Source of the DNA: the human T2T-CHM13v2.0 reference genome, Homo sapiens
Length of the DNA: 64,000 nucleotides
NCBI RefSeq assembly: GCF_009914755.1
Contig: NC_060925.1
Direction: 5' to 3' (one strand)
Part shown: in pieces, positions 39,510 through 54,399 of the stretch
How the letters are laid out: every line of letters starts with the position of its first letter
Numbering within the stretch: position 1 is the first letter of the stretch
Notes under the pieces: model-generated
Told to the model about the DNA's origin: nothing
The model's input: only the letters and a program-made list of their open reading frames with translations
Database searches by the model: none
Made by a program: the position numbers and the translations under genes

Positions 39510-40656
39510 GGGTGCCTGGGGCAAGCGCCAGCTCATGTCATCACCCTCACTGAGTGTTACCATCAAAGGAATCCTGGGATGGCCTGTAACCAGGTATTTC
39601 TCCCACCTCCTCAGTTGTAATTGGGAGACTTTGCTCTTTTCACATGCCTTTCTTGTTATGCCTGAAAGTCCCACACCTTTATTAGGGAGGGACATATTAG
39701 CCAAAGCTGGAGCTATTATCTACATGAATCTGGGGAACAAGTTACCCATTTGTTGTCCCCTGCTTGAGGAGGGAATCAACCCTGAAGTCTGGGCATTGGA
39801 AGGAACAAACTCAAGCTCCAGCCTTAAGCCTTCCCACAGGATGAAACTTCTCTTTATACATCACAGAGAGAGCAGGAATAGCTTTTGGGGTCCTTACTCA
39901 GACTCATGGGACAACCCCACAGCCAGTGGCACACCTAAGTAAGGAAATTGATATAGTAGCAAAAGGCTGGCCTCACTGTTTATGGGTAGTTGCGGCACTG
40001 GCTGTCTTAGTGTCAGAGGCTACAAAGAAAGGATCTCACTGTCTGGACTACTCATGATGTAAATGGCATACTAGGTGCCAAAGGAAGTTTATGGCTATCA
40101 GACAACCGCCTGCTTAGATACCAGGCACTACTCCTTGAGGGACTGGTGCTTCGAATATGTATGTGTGTAGCCCTCAATCCTGCCACTTTTCTCCCAGAGA
40201 ATGGGGAACCTATTGAGCATGACTGCCAACAAATTATACTCCAGACTTATGCCTCCCAAGATGATCTCTTAGAAGCCCCCTTAGCTAATCCTGACCTATA
40301 TACCAATGGAAGTTCATCTGTGGAAAATGGGATATGAAAGGCAGGTTATACCATAGTTAGTGATGTAACCGTACTTGAAAGTAAGCCTCTTCCCCCAGGC
40401 ACTAGCGCTCAGTTAGCAGAACTAGTGTCACTTACCCGAGCCTTAGAACTGGGAAAGGGAAAAAGAATAAATGTGTATACAGATAGCAAGTATGCTTATC
40501 TAATCCTACAGGCCCATGCTGCAATATGGTAAAAAAGGGAGTTTCTAACCTCTGGGGGAGCCACCATTAAATACCATAAGGAAATCATGGAGTTATTGCA
40601 TGCAGTACAAAAACCTAAGGAGGTAGCAGTGTTACACTGTCAAAGCCATCAAAAAG
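39510..40656 (+). pseudogene. pol: HERV9 pro-pol remnant: protease C-terminal half, then tether and RNase H; RT core and integrase absent
   Basis: HAFLVMPESPTPLLGRDILAK; jump after NPEVWALEG to QAPALSLPTG; RNase H motifs YTNGSS, TSAQLAEL, NVYTDSKYA, VAVLHCQSHQK. Confidence 0.9.
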
Positions 40657-40915
40657 GGGAAAGAGAGGGGAGAACAGCAGCATAAGCAGCTGGCAGAGGC
40701 AGGGAAAGACCAGCAGAAAGGAAAGAGAGAAAGAGACAGAGAGAGAGAGAGGAAGAGACAGAGACAAAGAGGGAGTCAGAGAGAGAGAGAAAGAGAGAGA
40801 CAGAAATTGAAAGAGAGAGAGGGAGAGATAGACAAAGAGGGAGTCAGAAAGAGAGAGGACAAAGAAGAAGTCAAAGAGAGAGAAAGAGAGAGATAGAAGT
40901 AGTAAAGAAAAAAAC
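40655..40915 (+). repeat. GA-rich low-complexity polypurine tract inside HERV9
   Basis: Runs of GAGAGA, GAAAGAGAGA and GACAAAGAGGGAGTCAGA. Confidence 0.92.
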
Positions 40916-41422
40916 AGTGTACCCTATTCCTTTAAAAGCCAGGGTAAATTTAAAACCTATAATTGATAATTGAAGGTCTTCTCTGTAACCCTATAACACT
41001 CCAATACCACCTTGTTGTCAGTGTAAACAAGGGCATAGCCTGAAAGTACTGAGGCCACTGACAACCCATAGCCTTCCTGTCAAAAATTCTTAACCCAGCA
41101 GATTTCCTAACAGGGGATCTAAATCTTAATTAGTTACCATACGAAGGTCCGACCAGACCTAGGAGGAACTCCAGTCAGGACAGGACGATAGATGGTTCCT
41201 CCCAGGTGATTAAAGGAAAAAGACACAATAGGTAGACAGTAAGTGATAAGGGAACTCTTGTAGAAGCAGTTAAGAAAATTGCCTAATAATTAGTCTGCTC
41301 AAACTTGCAAACTGTTTGCACTCAGCCAAACCTTAAAGTACTTACAGAATCAGGAAGGAGCCATCTATACCAATTCTAAGTTAATATGGACTGAACGAGG
41401 TCTTATTAATAGCAAAGAATAA

Positions 41423-42101
<679 letters not shown>

Positions 42102-42157
42102 AGTTGTCATTGCCCAATTCCCAACAGCAGTTGGGGTATCCTGTTTAGAGGACAAAT

Positions 42158-42962
42158 TGAGAGGTAAAGCCAGCTGGACTTCCTGGGTCAAGTGGGGACT
42201 TGGAGAACTTTTTTGTCTAGCTAGAGGATTGTAAATGCACCAATCAGCACTCTGTAAAAATGCACCAATCTGCGCTCTGTGTCTAGCTAAAGGATTGTAA
42301 ATGCACCAATCAGCACTCTGTAAAAATGCACCAATCAGCACTGTGTCTAGCTAAAGGATGGTAAATGCACGAATCAGCACTCTGTAAAAATGCACCAATC
42401 AGCACTCTGTGTCTAGGATTGTAAATGCACCAATCAGCACTCTGTAAAATGACCCAATCAGCTCTCTGTAAAATGGACCAATCAGCAGGAAGTGGGCAGC
42501 GCCAAATAAGGGAATAAAAGCTGGCTACCCTAGCCAGCAGCAGCAACCTGCTCAGATCCCCTTCCATGCTGTGGAAGCTTTGTTCTTTTGCTCTTCACAA
42601 TAAATCTTGCTGCTGCTCACTCTTTGGATCCACACTGCCTTTATGAGATGTAACACTCACTGCGAAAGTCTGCGGCTTCACTCCTGAAGTCAGTGAGACC
42701 ACAAACCCACTGGGAGAAACAAATGGCTCTGGACATGCCACCTTTAAGAGCTGTAACACTCACTGTGAAGGTCTGCGGCTTCACTCCTGAAGTCAGCGAG
42801 ACCACGAACCCACTGGAAGGAAGAAACTCCAAACACATCTGAAGGAACAAACTCCGGACATACCATCTTTAAGAACTGTAACACTCACCGCGAGGGTCCG
42901 TGGCTTCATTCTTGAAGTCAGTGAGACCAAGAATCCACCAGAAGGAACCAATTCTGGATACA
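42158..42962 (+). promoter_or_regulatory. 3' LTR12 (805 bp)
   Basis: Homologous to the 5' LTR; nine CCAAT-type units; ends AATTCTGGATACA. Confidence 0.95.
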
Positions 42963-43299
42963 ATATCATGTTAACAGTAGACTTTCCTGGATTTCAGAAA
43001 AATCTCATTCTTTTTACCCTCAGCTGCCTTGGATGGACATGGGCAGCCCAGAGACTTAAGTGGGTGCTTGTATGTAATATTCTGATTTGAAACACAAGCG
43101 GGCCCATATGGTATATCTAGTAATGCTTAGAAAGTCCTAAACTACTTGTTTAGTTTATGCCCTACACTTGGAGAAAACATGTGGCAAGACAAATATATTC
43201 TGTTATCTTTTTCTATTTTGCCTTGATTTTAATCTCTTTATCCTGATATCTTGTGAACTGAGCATACTTCTGTTATGTCCTATATTACAAATAGGCAAA

Positions 43300-43435
43300 A
43301 ACAATATATATATACACATATATAATGTATTATGTATTTATGTATAGTATATGCACATATGCATACATGTATAACATATGTGTATATGTATGTATATATA
43401 TGTATGAATATATGAGAGATAATATATGTAGAGAG
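43300..43435. repeat. TA/TATG-rich low-complexity tract
   Basis: Seen directly. Confidence 0.85.
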
Positions 43436-46400
43436 ATTATCTTATAATAAATGCCTAGATTCAATAAAATGTCCTTAACATGACAATTTGATCTGACAAA
43501 AATACTTTGAATCTCCTATCTATTAAGACTTATTAAATCTTCTGGTTATAAATGTTGTTTAAAAATGTTCTGTGGTAAGAGATACAAGGCTTATGGAAAA
43601 CAATTCTTGAAAAAAGAATGTATGGCTGATGATATGCATAAACTAAAGCTGATGCTACAGGCAACCTGAATCACTGATTGCAAATAAAGTATTGATCAGA
43701 AAGAAATCTGAAGGACTTCTCAAGAAAAAAAATGGATGGCAGAGAAAACTGTCGTAATTGCAGGGGAAGTGGTGTTGAGGCTCATTTATGTGATTTTCCT
43801 ACTCCCTCTGTGTCATTCTAGGCTATAGGAGAGAAGACACAGAGCTCTCATGAAGAACAGAGCTGAGACCCAGGGATTTAAAAGACAAGTGAAATCTGTT
43901 CCTCTAATTCAAAAGGAAGTTGGATCTTTAGTACTAAACAACTAGAGACACAATCAGGACTCAGGATTCTGACCTTCAACCACTCTTCTCTGGAAAATTT
44001 CCAAGGAATTAGAGCCTAAGTACCCCTGTGCCTGCAATAGAAGTTGGGCAAGCCACGTACTCAGCCTTCTCAGAGCAGTCCATGATCTCTTTAACTGAAA
44101 TCATGGAAAAGAGAGGACTTAAAAGGAAATATCATCCCTAAAGAGATAGACTATCTCAGCATCTGGACCCCAAAAAATCCCCTTAACTTTCGTCCATTAA
44201 TAGCATCTCTTCTTCACTATGAGATAGGGTGGGTAACTGTGGGTAGGAGGGAGCAGAGGGAACACTTGGATGTCCCTGAGCCTTGCACCATAGCTCAAAG
44301 CTCCAAACAGGGCATGAGATCAATAATAATTGGGATGAAGGAAAAGAAGTCTCTGGATCTCTGGCAAGGAAGGAAAACCCCCAGAGTGGCTGCTGTGCCA
44401 AAAAGGCTCCAAAGTGATGTGACAGTGCAGTGGAGCCATGCCAAGATGGGATTTGGAGTTCATAACAAAGGAGGAGGTAATTTTAATCAAGGTACGAGGA
44501 TAAGATGAGAATTAGATTAGCATAATTTGTGAGAAATGTTCTATAATAGCTAGTAATTTCTGATTAGGTGCATCGTCAATGAATTAGAAGTTGATAGTAT
44601 AAGGTTTCTACATAAAAGTAGCAATAAATATATGCTTACTTTCATGTAAGGCAAAATTATCAAGGTGTAAGTAGTATTGTTTTCAATGTTTCTGGCACAT
44701 GGTAGTTCAACAAAATATGTTGAATTAATTATTGAATAAGTTATTGTCCACATTTTTTAACTTCATGGCCTTATCTTGCATACTGCCATTTAGTGGCAGC
44801 ATCTCTAATTGTAAGCAAAGTACCAATTGAAAAGAAATTCAATTATGAAGTACTAGTACATACTATTGGGAAGGGGTTTGTGTGTTTGTTTTGTTTTGTT
44901 TTTATTTGTGTAAGTTTTTAAACCAAGGAGTACACTAACAATAGATTGTATACATGTTTTTATTGTTATCTTAGATGATTCAGGGGAGCCAAAAAATTCT
45001 CAGAAGTCTTATCTTTTTTTTACCTGGAATTTATCTTAGCCTTTCCAGAATTTTCAGAGTTAGACTGTGAAACAGTAGAACTCTTCTAATGTTTCTAATG
45101 TCTCTTGACTCATAAGTCACAGGGGAACTGATGAGTTAACATTCTAAACATTTCAAAAGAGTTTAAGGAAATGTTCATTCTTCAGCAGCAGGGGATGAAT
45201 GCAAAGGTCCAGAGGGCTTTGTGAGCCACCTCCTCACCGACAATGATGGACTCTGTTTCTACCTAGGAAGAGAACATAGGGGGCTGACACAGCCGTTCTA
45301 TTTTTTACTGTAATGAATGCTATTTTCATTTACTTTAGAGAGCAGTCCCCAAGAAGACTAGTGACAAGATGAAGGTTCACTGGCTTCCTTTGTCCCTGAC
45401 AGGTTCAAAAGTGCTGTGCAGGTGGCAAATTAGACTTGGCTTCCCATTAATTGATAGGAAGAAACTTTCTTTCCTGCTGTTCAGATTGTCTGTGGATCCT
45501 TTAGCACACATGAGGTTTCATGGAATTGTTATTATATTTATTATTGCTGCTGTCAATGCTGTAGGCAATATCTTTGAGAAAATGATGAAGGGCTAACAAC
45601 AATTAGAAGCCTCTCTGAATAAATGTCTTAAAGTAGCAAGAAACTTGAGATTACTCTTGGTGGGGTGAGAAGCACATCAATTGATATAAATTCTGGTTTG
45701 GGGTAGCTCTGGGTCTGGGTAAATAACTTATTCTTTATTATCTTTAAAGAATTAGAGAAAATAATAATATTGATGATGATAATTATGATATGCATCACTT
45801 TTCAAACTCCTACAGTGTTCAGGCAGCATGCACAGTGCTTTACATGCATTTGGTCATTTAACCTACAGAACAATCCTAAGAGGTGATTATTCTTTGAGCA
45901 CTGGAGAAGTAAGGGATTGGCCCAACTTCACACAGCTTGTAAGTGGTAAAAACATCATTCCTCCTCAGTTTATAATGGAAGAGCTACAACCAAGCAAACC
46001 ACAATAATAAGAGTGTAGATCTTTCCTTCCTATGACATTCAAGCAAACAGAAACAAAGACTGACATGCAAGAAGGATTTAAACCCAAGGAGGACAACTAA
46101 AGGAAGAAAAAGAGAATGTGTCTTCTCTAAAGCCTGGCAGCAATTTCCATGAAAGTCAGGAAAGAGGTTTTTTTTTGTTGTTGTTTGTTTGTTTGTTTGT
46201 TTTAATAGATCAGCCCTACATGTTTTGTGGGATAAAAGCATGAGCGTGAATCAGAATGATATATGTAAGTATTGAACACTGTCATGGATTTCTGATATGT
46301 TAACAAGGCTAAGATAACCTGTATTCCCCAGAATCCCCTTTCTAGAATGTTTCTGGTTAAGGTGGGCTACCAGGGAGATTCTTTCAAGAGAATTGAAGTA

Positions 46401-46439
46401 TCAAAGAGGGACAGCAGCCAATCTATAATACATACAACC

Positions 46440-46862
46440 TTCTCCCAATTATTCAATCAAATGCTATTCTAGGTGCTACTATAAAGAAATTTTGTGTGTA
46501 CAATTAAAGTCCCAATCAGTTGAGTTCGAGTTGATCAAAAGAGAGATTATCGTGGGTAGACCTGACTCAATCAGGTGGATTTAAAGAGGGACTAAGCTCT
46601 CCCTGAGTATGAAAGATTCCAAGCAACAGAGGAGAAAGAAATTATAAAATATTTCTATATTCTGGGGCCTCCACACTCACCTCATTGTTGCAGACCTGCT
46701 GATTGACCTCATTGGCATGACGCAACAGTTGGAGCTGCAACTCTATTCCCTCTGGATCCTTCCTTCATGAATGTTTACCCTGTGGACTTGGGGCACACAC
46801 ACCCACACACACGCACACACACACTTCCCATTGGTTCTGCTCCTCTGATAAAAACACTGAGA
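46440..46862 (+). mobile_element. MLT2-like ERVL LTR fragment(s) with an internal (CA)n
   Basis: AATCAGTTGAG...GATTATCGTGGGTAGACCTGACTCAATCAGGTG and CACACTTCCCATTGGTTCTGCTCCTCTGA; may be a composite with another LTR. Confidence 0.65.
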
Positions 46863-47052
46863 GAGGGTGAAACCATAGCACATTTGAAAACCAGCCTACC
46901 AAATAAGTAAGCTTATATAAGAGATTGTTTTTTTACAATAGGAGGGGCCACTGACTGGTACAGCATTCTAGGCAAAATCACATGCAAGGAAAATTAATAT
47001 AAAGTCATATCCAACTGCGAAGAAGAAAGAGCTCTTTTAATGGAGCAACACA

Positions 47053-47453
47053 TTTTATTAATCAGCCTGGGCTTCTATAACAAAATACTACTGGCTGGAT
47101 AGCTTAAAGAACATAAATTTGTTTTCTCACAGTTCTGAAGGCTGGAAGTTCAAGATCAAGGTGCTGGCAGAGTTGGTTTCTGCTGAGGCCTCTCTTCGTG
47201 GCATTCAGGGAGCTGCCTTCTCACTGTGTCTTCATATGGCCTTTTTCTCTGTGTGTGAGTGGAGAGAGAAAGAGATCTGGAATTTCTTCCTCTTCTTATA
47301 AGGACACCAGTCCTATTGGATTAGAGCTTCATCCTCATGACCTCATTTGTCCCTAATTACCTCTCTAGTGGTCCTATTTCCAAATATAATCACTTTGGGG
47401 GTTAGAGTTTCAACCTATGAATTGGGGTGAGAGGACATAATTCATTTTATAAC
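47053..47453 (-). mobile_element. MaLR LTR (MLT1A-like)
   Basis: TCTCACAGTTCTGAAGGCTGGAAGTTCAAGATCAAGGTGCTGGCAG...CTTATAAGGACACCAGTCCTATTGGATTAG. Confidence 0.88.
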
Positions 47454-49209
47454 CATATCTAGCAAACAAAAAGAAGAAAGAAAAATGTTTATAAAACTAG
47501 GGAATTTGAAGTGTGGACCATTCCTTCCAAGAATTAGCTAGTTATTGGTAGAAAGATAGCTTCTGCTCTTCAGGTGGTCACTGGATACTGCAGCACATTT
47601 TTTACCCACTCTCCCTCCTGCTGCCTGCTTCCCACCAACCAGGTAGAATGTCCTCATCTTATCTTTACCAGATTATATATCAATACTGGCCTCTTCACTG
47701 TTTTTTAAAAGAAAAAGTTCATGCTTTGTTAATGGATGTACTGAAGAATCATAAGAAAAACAGAAAAGAGAGTTTACATTGCACATCCCACAGCAAAGTA
47801 TTTCACAGTTTTGCAGCCAATATAGCTCCTTGTATTTTCACTGTAGTCTCCCTCCAGGATCCTACATCCCAAGTTAGTCTTTGGTTCCTTTACTGTCCCA
47901 AGTAATTCTGCCCCTAACCTGAATACTCCATCAGGCTACTGTTATTTAACATAACATACATTTGTGGTCCCATCCCACCAACCCAAGTGATACATCAAAC
48001 AACACACAGTGGGCTTCCTCAGGGGAGTTCTAGTGAGACATGCCTTTCTTTATCTTGCTTCAAGAAAAACGGAATTGCTAAAGGAGTTTGAGGCTCAGGC
48101 AAGACAGGCAGGTGCACCAGCCAACAGCACGCTACTGAGTGGATGACCGTGACACACCAACTCTTTAGTCATCGTTGTAAGGTGGGCTGATTTGGGTAGG
48201 GGACAAAGACAGAGGGAGAGGTAGGCTTCAAGTCACTAAAGTTAAGCAGATATTATTTCCCAAAGACCAGACTAAATTCCCCAAGAAAGAAGAAATGGAG
48301 CAAACCTAGTTTCATTATGGTCTCCTGCTCCTAATCATGAAAGAGGAATAGGCATCGTCTTGACAGCCGGTTGGGACAGTTGAGCTCATGGAAGATAGTG
48401 CAGGTCCCCCTGAAGGAACTCTGTCTGCTGCTCATAAAATGGCCAATTTAACACAGCATCAAATTAATAATGGAATATAGCTTTGCCACAGCCTTGAAGG
48501 CCTCACGTTCATCAGCTGCACTGTTGGAATGTGGCCTTTCTGTGCTCTTCCCTCATCTCTTTACACTAACACCTCTTTCTGGGACTCACCTGTGAAACTC
48601 TTATACTCGGGTGCCTGAAAAATGTTTTCGTGATTTGGTTTGGAGAGGCAACATGGTGCAACAGGGAGAGTTTGGGGATAACGTGTGTGAATGTGCTTTG
48701 TTAAGGGTGAAGATAACACATAAAGGTAAGCATTTCTTTTACAGTCAGGAGACCAGAGTATTAGTACCCATTCTGCGCGTGACTTTCAGCAAGTCATTTT
48801 ACCTCTTGAGAATTCAGTTTCCTTCTTTGTAAAATTATGCTATTCAACTAGATGCCCTCTAACATCCACTCTGGATCGATAATGGCCATCATCATAATGA
48901 TGACTTGATATTTGTCACACGCTCAATATGCTTCAAGGCACTCTTATAACTCTTCTAAGGTGCCATCTCATATTTTTCACAACAATCCTTTGGAAGTATT
49001 ATTTTCATCATCATCTCTACTTTTCTAACCCAGGTAATTGCCTCTAGTGCCTACACCCAGGCACTATGCTATATTGCCACTTCAAGTATATTTTAATGAT
49101 GTGTTCTACAAGAAATAAAATCAAACAAACAAATAAAACCTTCTGAGACTGCCAACAAAATATCCATTATTCAGCTGTGGATTTTTTCAATGGTGGTGGC
49201 AGATTTCTC

Positions 49210-49355
49210 CTACTTCACTTATGTTCTTATCCAGGATTCTTATGACCAACATGGAAGAGTTGGCCCAGAGTTAGCAGCACAAACTCAGAGTGAGAAACAG
49301 GCAAAGTTGACTGGCTGTCCCGGGATTGAACTCATGACCTTGGGCTCTTTATCAA
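49210..49355 (-). mobile_element. tRNA-derived SINE fragment (MamSINE1-like)
   Basis: Reverse complement GAGCCCAAGGTCATGAGTTCAATCCCGGGACAGCCAGTCAAC contains a B-box and resembles the 29270 copy. Confidence 0.5.
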
Positions 49356-52300
49356 TTGGAAATGTTTCACTTCCCAAGTTTTTGCATGTGCTGTGGCTAG
49401 AGAACCAGGTTTTAACACCACTGGCACGGTCTGTATTGACTGGCTGCGCACGGACAAGTGTCATCTTGCCACACCTTCACCTTGGGGGTCTTTGGAGGGG
49501 GAAAAGCAAAATTCAAAAAAGGTAGCCTTTCCCTTAGTGCTTAGAGATGGCTCGGAGCATCAACTTTAGGTTAGCTCTGAATTCTACTGCCCAGCACAGT
49601 CACCATACCACAAGTGGCCTTCTCCTTCTCCCTGCTCAACCCAAACCCACTCAGCCTTCCAGAACAGCTATCCATATTGGCTTCCCTCACCTCATGTAGC
49701 ATTGTCACCTCTGCCCTAAAGTTTAGTGCCCAGTTGTGAGCTTTGTCCTGCTGCTTCATGACTGTTTCATATGTTTTTAAGTCTTACCAACAGAGACCCT
49801 GGAGAAAATGAAGCATTCATTTTCCTCTATAGTACTCAGGTCAATGGTAAACTGAATTCGTGCTTCCGTTACCACTAGCCAAACACTTGCTGAATTGGAT
49901 TGAAAGAAGGAATTGCATGCAGGGCCCCCCTCCTGAATAAGAGCCCTCAGGATCCAGGGGTGTTTGTGGAAATGAGAACCCCTGATCATGACTTGCGTGT
50001 AGACTCTTTTGGGTCTAACCTCTTACTTGGCATGTCCACCACTGACATTCTTCAGATTGTGAACATCAACAAAAGTTTCTAAGGAATATATATCTGGGAA
50101 GATACCGTGAACTGCTATTGACAGCCATCAATATCTAAATTCCAATTACACTGGTGGAAAACCAAGCAGAAAGTCAGGTCCCCATGGGAATCATGCTCAG
50201 GAATCAGGTCTAAGGAGGGAGAGTCAGCTCCCAGACAACAAGAATACAGGAGGTGAGGATGGCAGGGTAAGAAAGGCAGGAAGACCATGAAAAAGGCAGT
50301 GAGGCAGCCCATGGAGATGTCCTATGATGAGGCCAGCATTTGGGGAGGCCTCCCAAGTGTATTTCTGTGAATACAAGAAAGCAGGAAGGATACCTGCACA
50401 AATAATATCTCATCACTTTACAGTCTAAGGAAGCCCAGGACTTTCCTAGTGTTGCCCTTTATTTGTTTTAGCATTCTAGGAAGAAATGGAGTAAGGATGA
50501 TTTTTATTGATATTTTATTTTGAAGAAACTGCTTTTGAATTATCTAGCTGTTTCTGTAAAATATAACCTTGGTTCTCAATAAAGACTGAGTTGAAGGGGG
50601 TGTGAGCATCTTCCCTTCACGAGGCTTCCTATGGGGGTAGTGGAATATCTAATTTGCCTAACCAAGTATGTATACTCAGACTCTCTCTTAAGTATGTATG
50701 TGCTCAGGTCAGGGTAGGACAGAAGAGAGAGTCTTTATTGTTTCCATCAGAGCATGTGCGAGGTTGACTGTGAAACAAATAGAGGCAATTCTGAGCCAAA
50801 TGGCCATCATTGGCCAAGGCATCTGCAAATCACATTTGTTTTTTGGCTGCAAGGGAAAGGGCTTGGCTATCTCTGTCTTGTCTTCCTCTACTACCTTGAT
50901 CCCCTGAGCCAGAGGAAGGTGTTGCTATTGATGTCTTTCCCAGACATGGCTTGTTGTTTTTCTTTATAGATTTTATGCATTGGCAGCCAAAAACCTTGAG
51001 TAAGGAAATGGTGCTTTAGGAACAAAACAAGCTCTTTTGTATGTGACATTTAGGACATCAGACAAAACGGTCTTTCCAGATGAAGCTGGCTGGCAATAGG
51101 AAGAGTGGTGTCTGTGGGTCATAAAGCACAGTGTCTGTACATATTTCCTGCTGACAGGCACTTACTCTGCATGCCAATTCCATGTGCTAATGTCATTCCA
51201 TCTGTCTCCACTGGGGTTTAGGTCTTTGCTGAATAACTGCTTCATGTAAGGTCTTTGGTCGAGCTAGGAAGAAAGAGTACGCTGGCCTCAACACCTTCTC
51301 AAATGATTTTATGTTTTTGTTGGCTGTTTCTAAATGTTTCATTTTTTTCTACAAAGTAAAAAGAAAGTAGAACCAAAGTAAATAAACAACAACTAGCTAT
51401 CCATTTCTTGACTGGATTCAAAACTTGAAATTTGATTACATGTTGAATCTAGCCCTATAGCCTAAGTTTAATAAACTTTAAACAATGTGACAATTTCCCT
51501 CTAGAGCTGGGAGTCCCAGTCCCCTACAGTACCAGAAGTGTCACAGAACAAGGGAGCAAATATTAGCCAAGTCCTAAGAGAGGAGTGCCTTGCCAAAGTG
51601 GCTTGACTGTGTTCAGAGACCTTTGCTTCTTTCTGTTAACCTTGTCATATCTCCCAAACTGTTTCATATTGTTCTTTTCTATGGACATTCTATAATCTTT
51701 CATAGCATGAGAAAATATACACATGAATCATCTCCTTAGGCCCAAACTGGAATTACCTTTCAGGGATTTGGAAAAAGAAACAATGTTTAATGGGGATGGG
51801 GAGCAAAGGTCAGAGGAGGAGAAAGCAGTTTTCTCCCCTCTGCTGAGTCTTTCTTATAAGGCAGGGTGGAGGGGGGAAGTTGAAGACAGGTGAAAAAAAT
51901 GTGAGCTTGTGTAACCAACATACTAGGCAGCTGTAAATCTTGATTGGGTAATGAGTAAAAGGAGTCAATTGCTTTCATTGATTTGCATTAAGTAGAATAT
52001 CATTATGATCGATGAATTTAAAAAATATCCTATTAGTTTTTATGTGCTTCATAACTGTAGGTTAGATTTTTTTAGAAAACTGAAATGTAGGGCAGCAAGA
52101 GGAAATTGAAAATACATGTTTCCATTCTTAAGTGAAATCAATGTGAATCTTTAATAATATTTATTTCAAATATGTCACACTGGAAAAAAAGGATCTCTTT
52201 AAAAGAGTTTCTCTGTGATGCTGTCCTCAGGGTCCATAACTCAGAACTGCTTCAGTCTAAAAATACTTCATAACTCTGATGCTAAAAGGACAGAGAATTT

Positions 52301-54399
52301 AGTGTGAGGTAGAGAATTCTGAAGAAAGATATATACATTTCTTTCAATTATAAAGACTACTATTACATGAAGGATAGTGATTGCATGTTCTCTATTCCTA
52401 ATAAGACAATGAAAAAAACTGAATAAAGAAATACTGTAGTTAGATACAAGGAATAACTTCCTAACAGTGAGGCTTGTTAAAAATGAGAGAGTATTTTCTA
52501 ATCTCTCTTCGAGAACAAATTTTTTTAGCTTATAAGATACCAATTGACTAGAGGTTGCTTATGGGAAGTTTCACCTTAGTGTAAGGGAACTAGCTCTTCC
52601 AACACACAAAGTCTAAATGACACACATACACACACACACAATAGTACAAGTGTTCACAAACTTTGATGTCAGGAAAAATTACCTGGAGAGTTTTTTAATA
52701 GATCCCATGGTCCATTTCCAGAAATGGTGATATGGTAGATCTGGGGTGCTATCTGGAAATCTGCATTAATTTTTGAAGCATGTGAAAGCTTGCAAAGCAC
52801 AAATGTGTTAAGGCCTCTGACCAAGGTGCCAGCAGACTGGGCTCCTCCCCTAGTCTGTCACTAATTCATTAAAGGATCTTGTCAAGCTGCAGCTTACTTG
52901 CCTAAAAAAATCGATATAAAATCTCTTGCTCAACCTACTCCACTTGGTCCTTCTATCCTATTAGATAAATCTGTGAAAGGTTCTTCAAAGTAGAAAAGCA
53001 CTTTGCAAATCTGATGGCACATTCTTTTTATCAAATTTTACATCCCTCATTAATCACTCTCCCAAATTAATCAGAGAAGGTCTTCTCTTCTTCTAGCTAA
53101 ATTTGCCCATGGAATTTCAAATCCACAGATATTACTTAGGAGCCTGCTCTGTGTGCAGACCTGCAGGACCCAGTTCTGCTACTTTCCACCTCTATGATCC
53201 TGGGCAAATTATTCAAATTACCTGAGTTTCTATATCCTCATTTGTGAAATAGGGATGCTTCTACCTGTCTCCCTGGTTGGGTAATGATAAAACCTGCAAA
53301 GTCCCTGCTGCTGTTCATGAGCCTGATTCTTCTGACCCCCAAATCCTTTCCCTTATTCAGGCACAGTTTTCTTCCCCTACAATTGAAAATGACCATCTTG
53401 CAATAGATAGTATTTGGAAAAAGCTAGGTTAGTAGTTTACCCAGAATGAACAGAAATAAGTTTCTTACTTTCTCTGAAAGCTCAACAGAGTTCTCATTAA
53501 TAAAACATATATATTTACAGGAATGAGACAGCCAGGCCTGTCCCTGGGTATGCAGTGTGGGCCACCGAATTCCCTTGGGGCTTCTGCAACTTCAGCTTTA
53601 TTGAGAACTCAAGGCCCCTCAGCAAACAGAACTCATGGAATTTCTGGAGGCTGGCATAATGATGATTAAAAAAACAGCAAACAAAGACCTGTTCAGTGGG
53701 GTCTTTTCTGGCCTCAGCTCTGGCATGTTTTTTGCACTCATTCTGCTAAAAAGAGACTGAGGAGAGTAATAGCTTGTTGGATCTGCAGAGTAAGTGAGAG
53801 AACGACACCTCATGTTTTGGGTGGGACTTTAAGAAATGAAGATATGGAACATTTCATCTACAAAAATCTCCAACATCAAGAGAGAGCAGATATGGCAGGT
53901 GCCTTTGGGAACACGAGTTTTCTTTTTCTTGGTGGGTCCTTGTTTAAAATATATCAATGTATCTGCAGTCCGGTGCCTAACTGCAGTTCTCAAAGAGCAT
54001 ATAACAGCCAATCAGAAATTGCCAATGATTTCTCTTTTATTGCAGAGAAGTTCAACACAATGGGGGAAATGTCCTTGAACCCTCAACCAGAGTGTCTTCA
54101 TAGGAAATGGTGGCATGGCCACCTGACAATCAACTGAGTGCCTGCACCATTGTTTTGGTGCCACCCTCATACCCCAAATGCTTAGTGGCAGAAGTGATGT
54201 GGCGGCAGAAGCTGGCCAGTCACTTCCCTAAGTCTGGGGTGTGACACGTCATCAGACTGAAGCCCCAACTCCCAAGATTGTCTCATGAGGCCTTTCCTGA
54301 GGTGCTACTGGCTGGCCTCCCCATCATGTCCTCATGCTGTCCCCACCCCCCACAACCCACTGCATCAGATGCAGCTCTGTGTGTTCACAGGAGGAGGGG

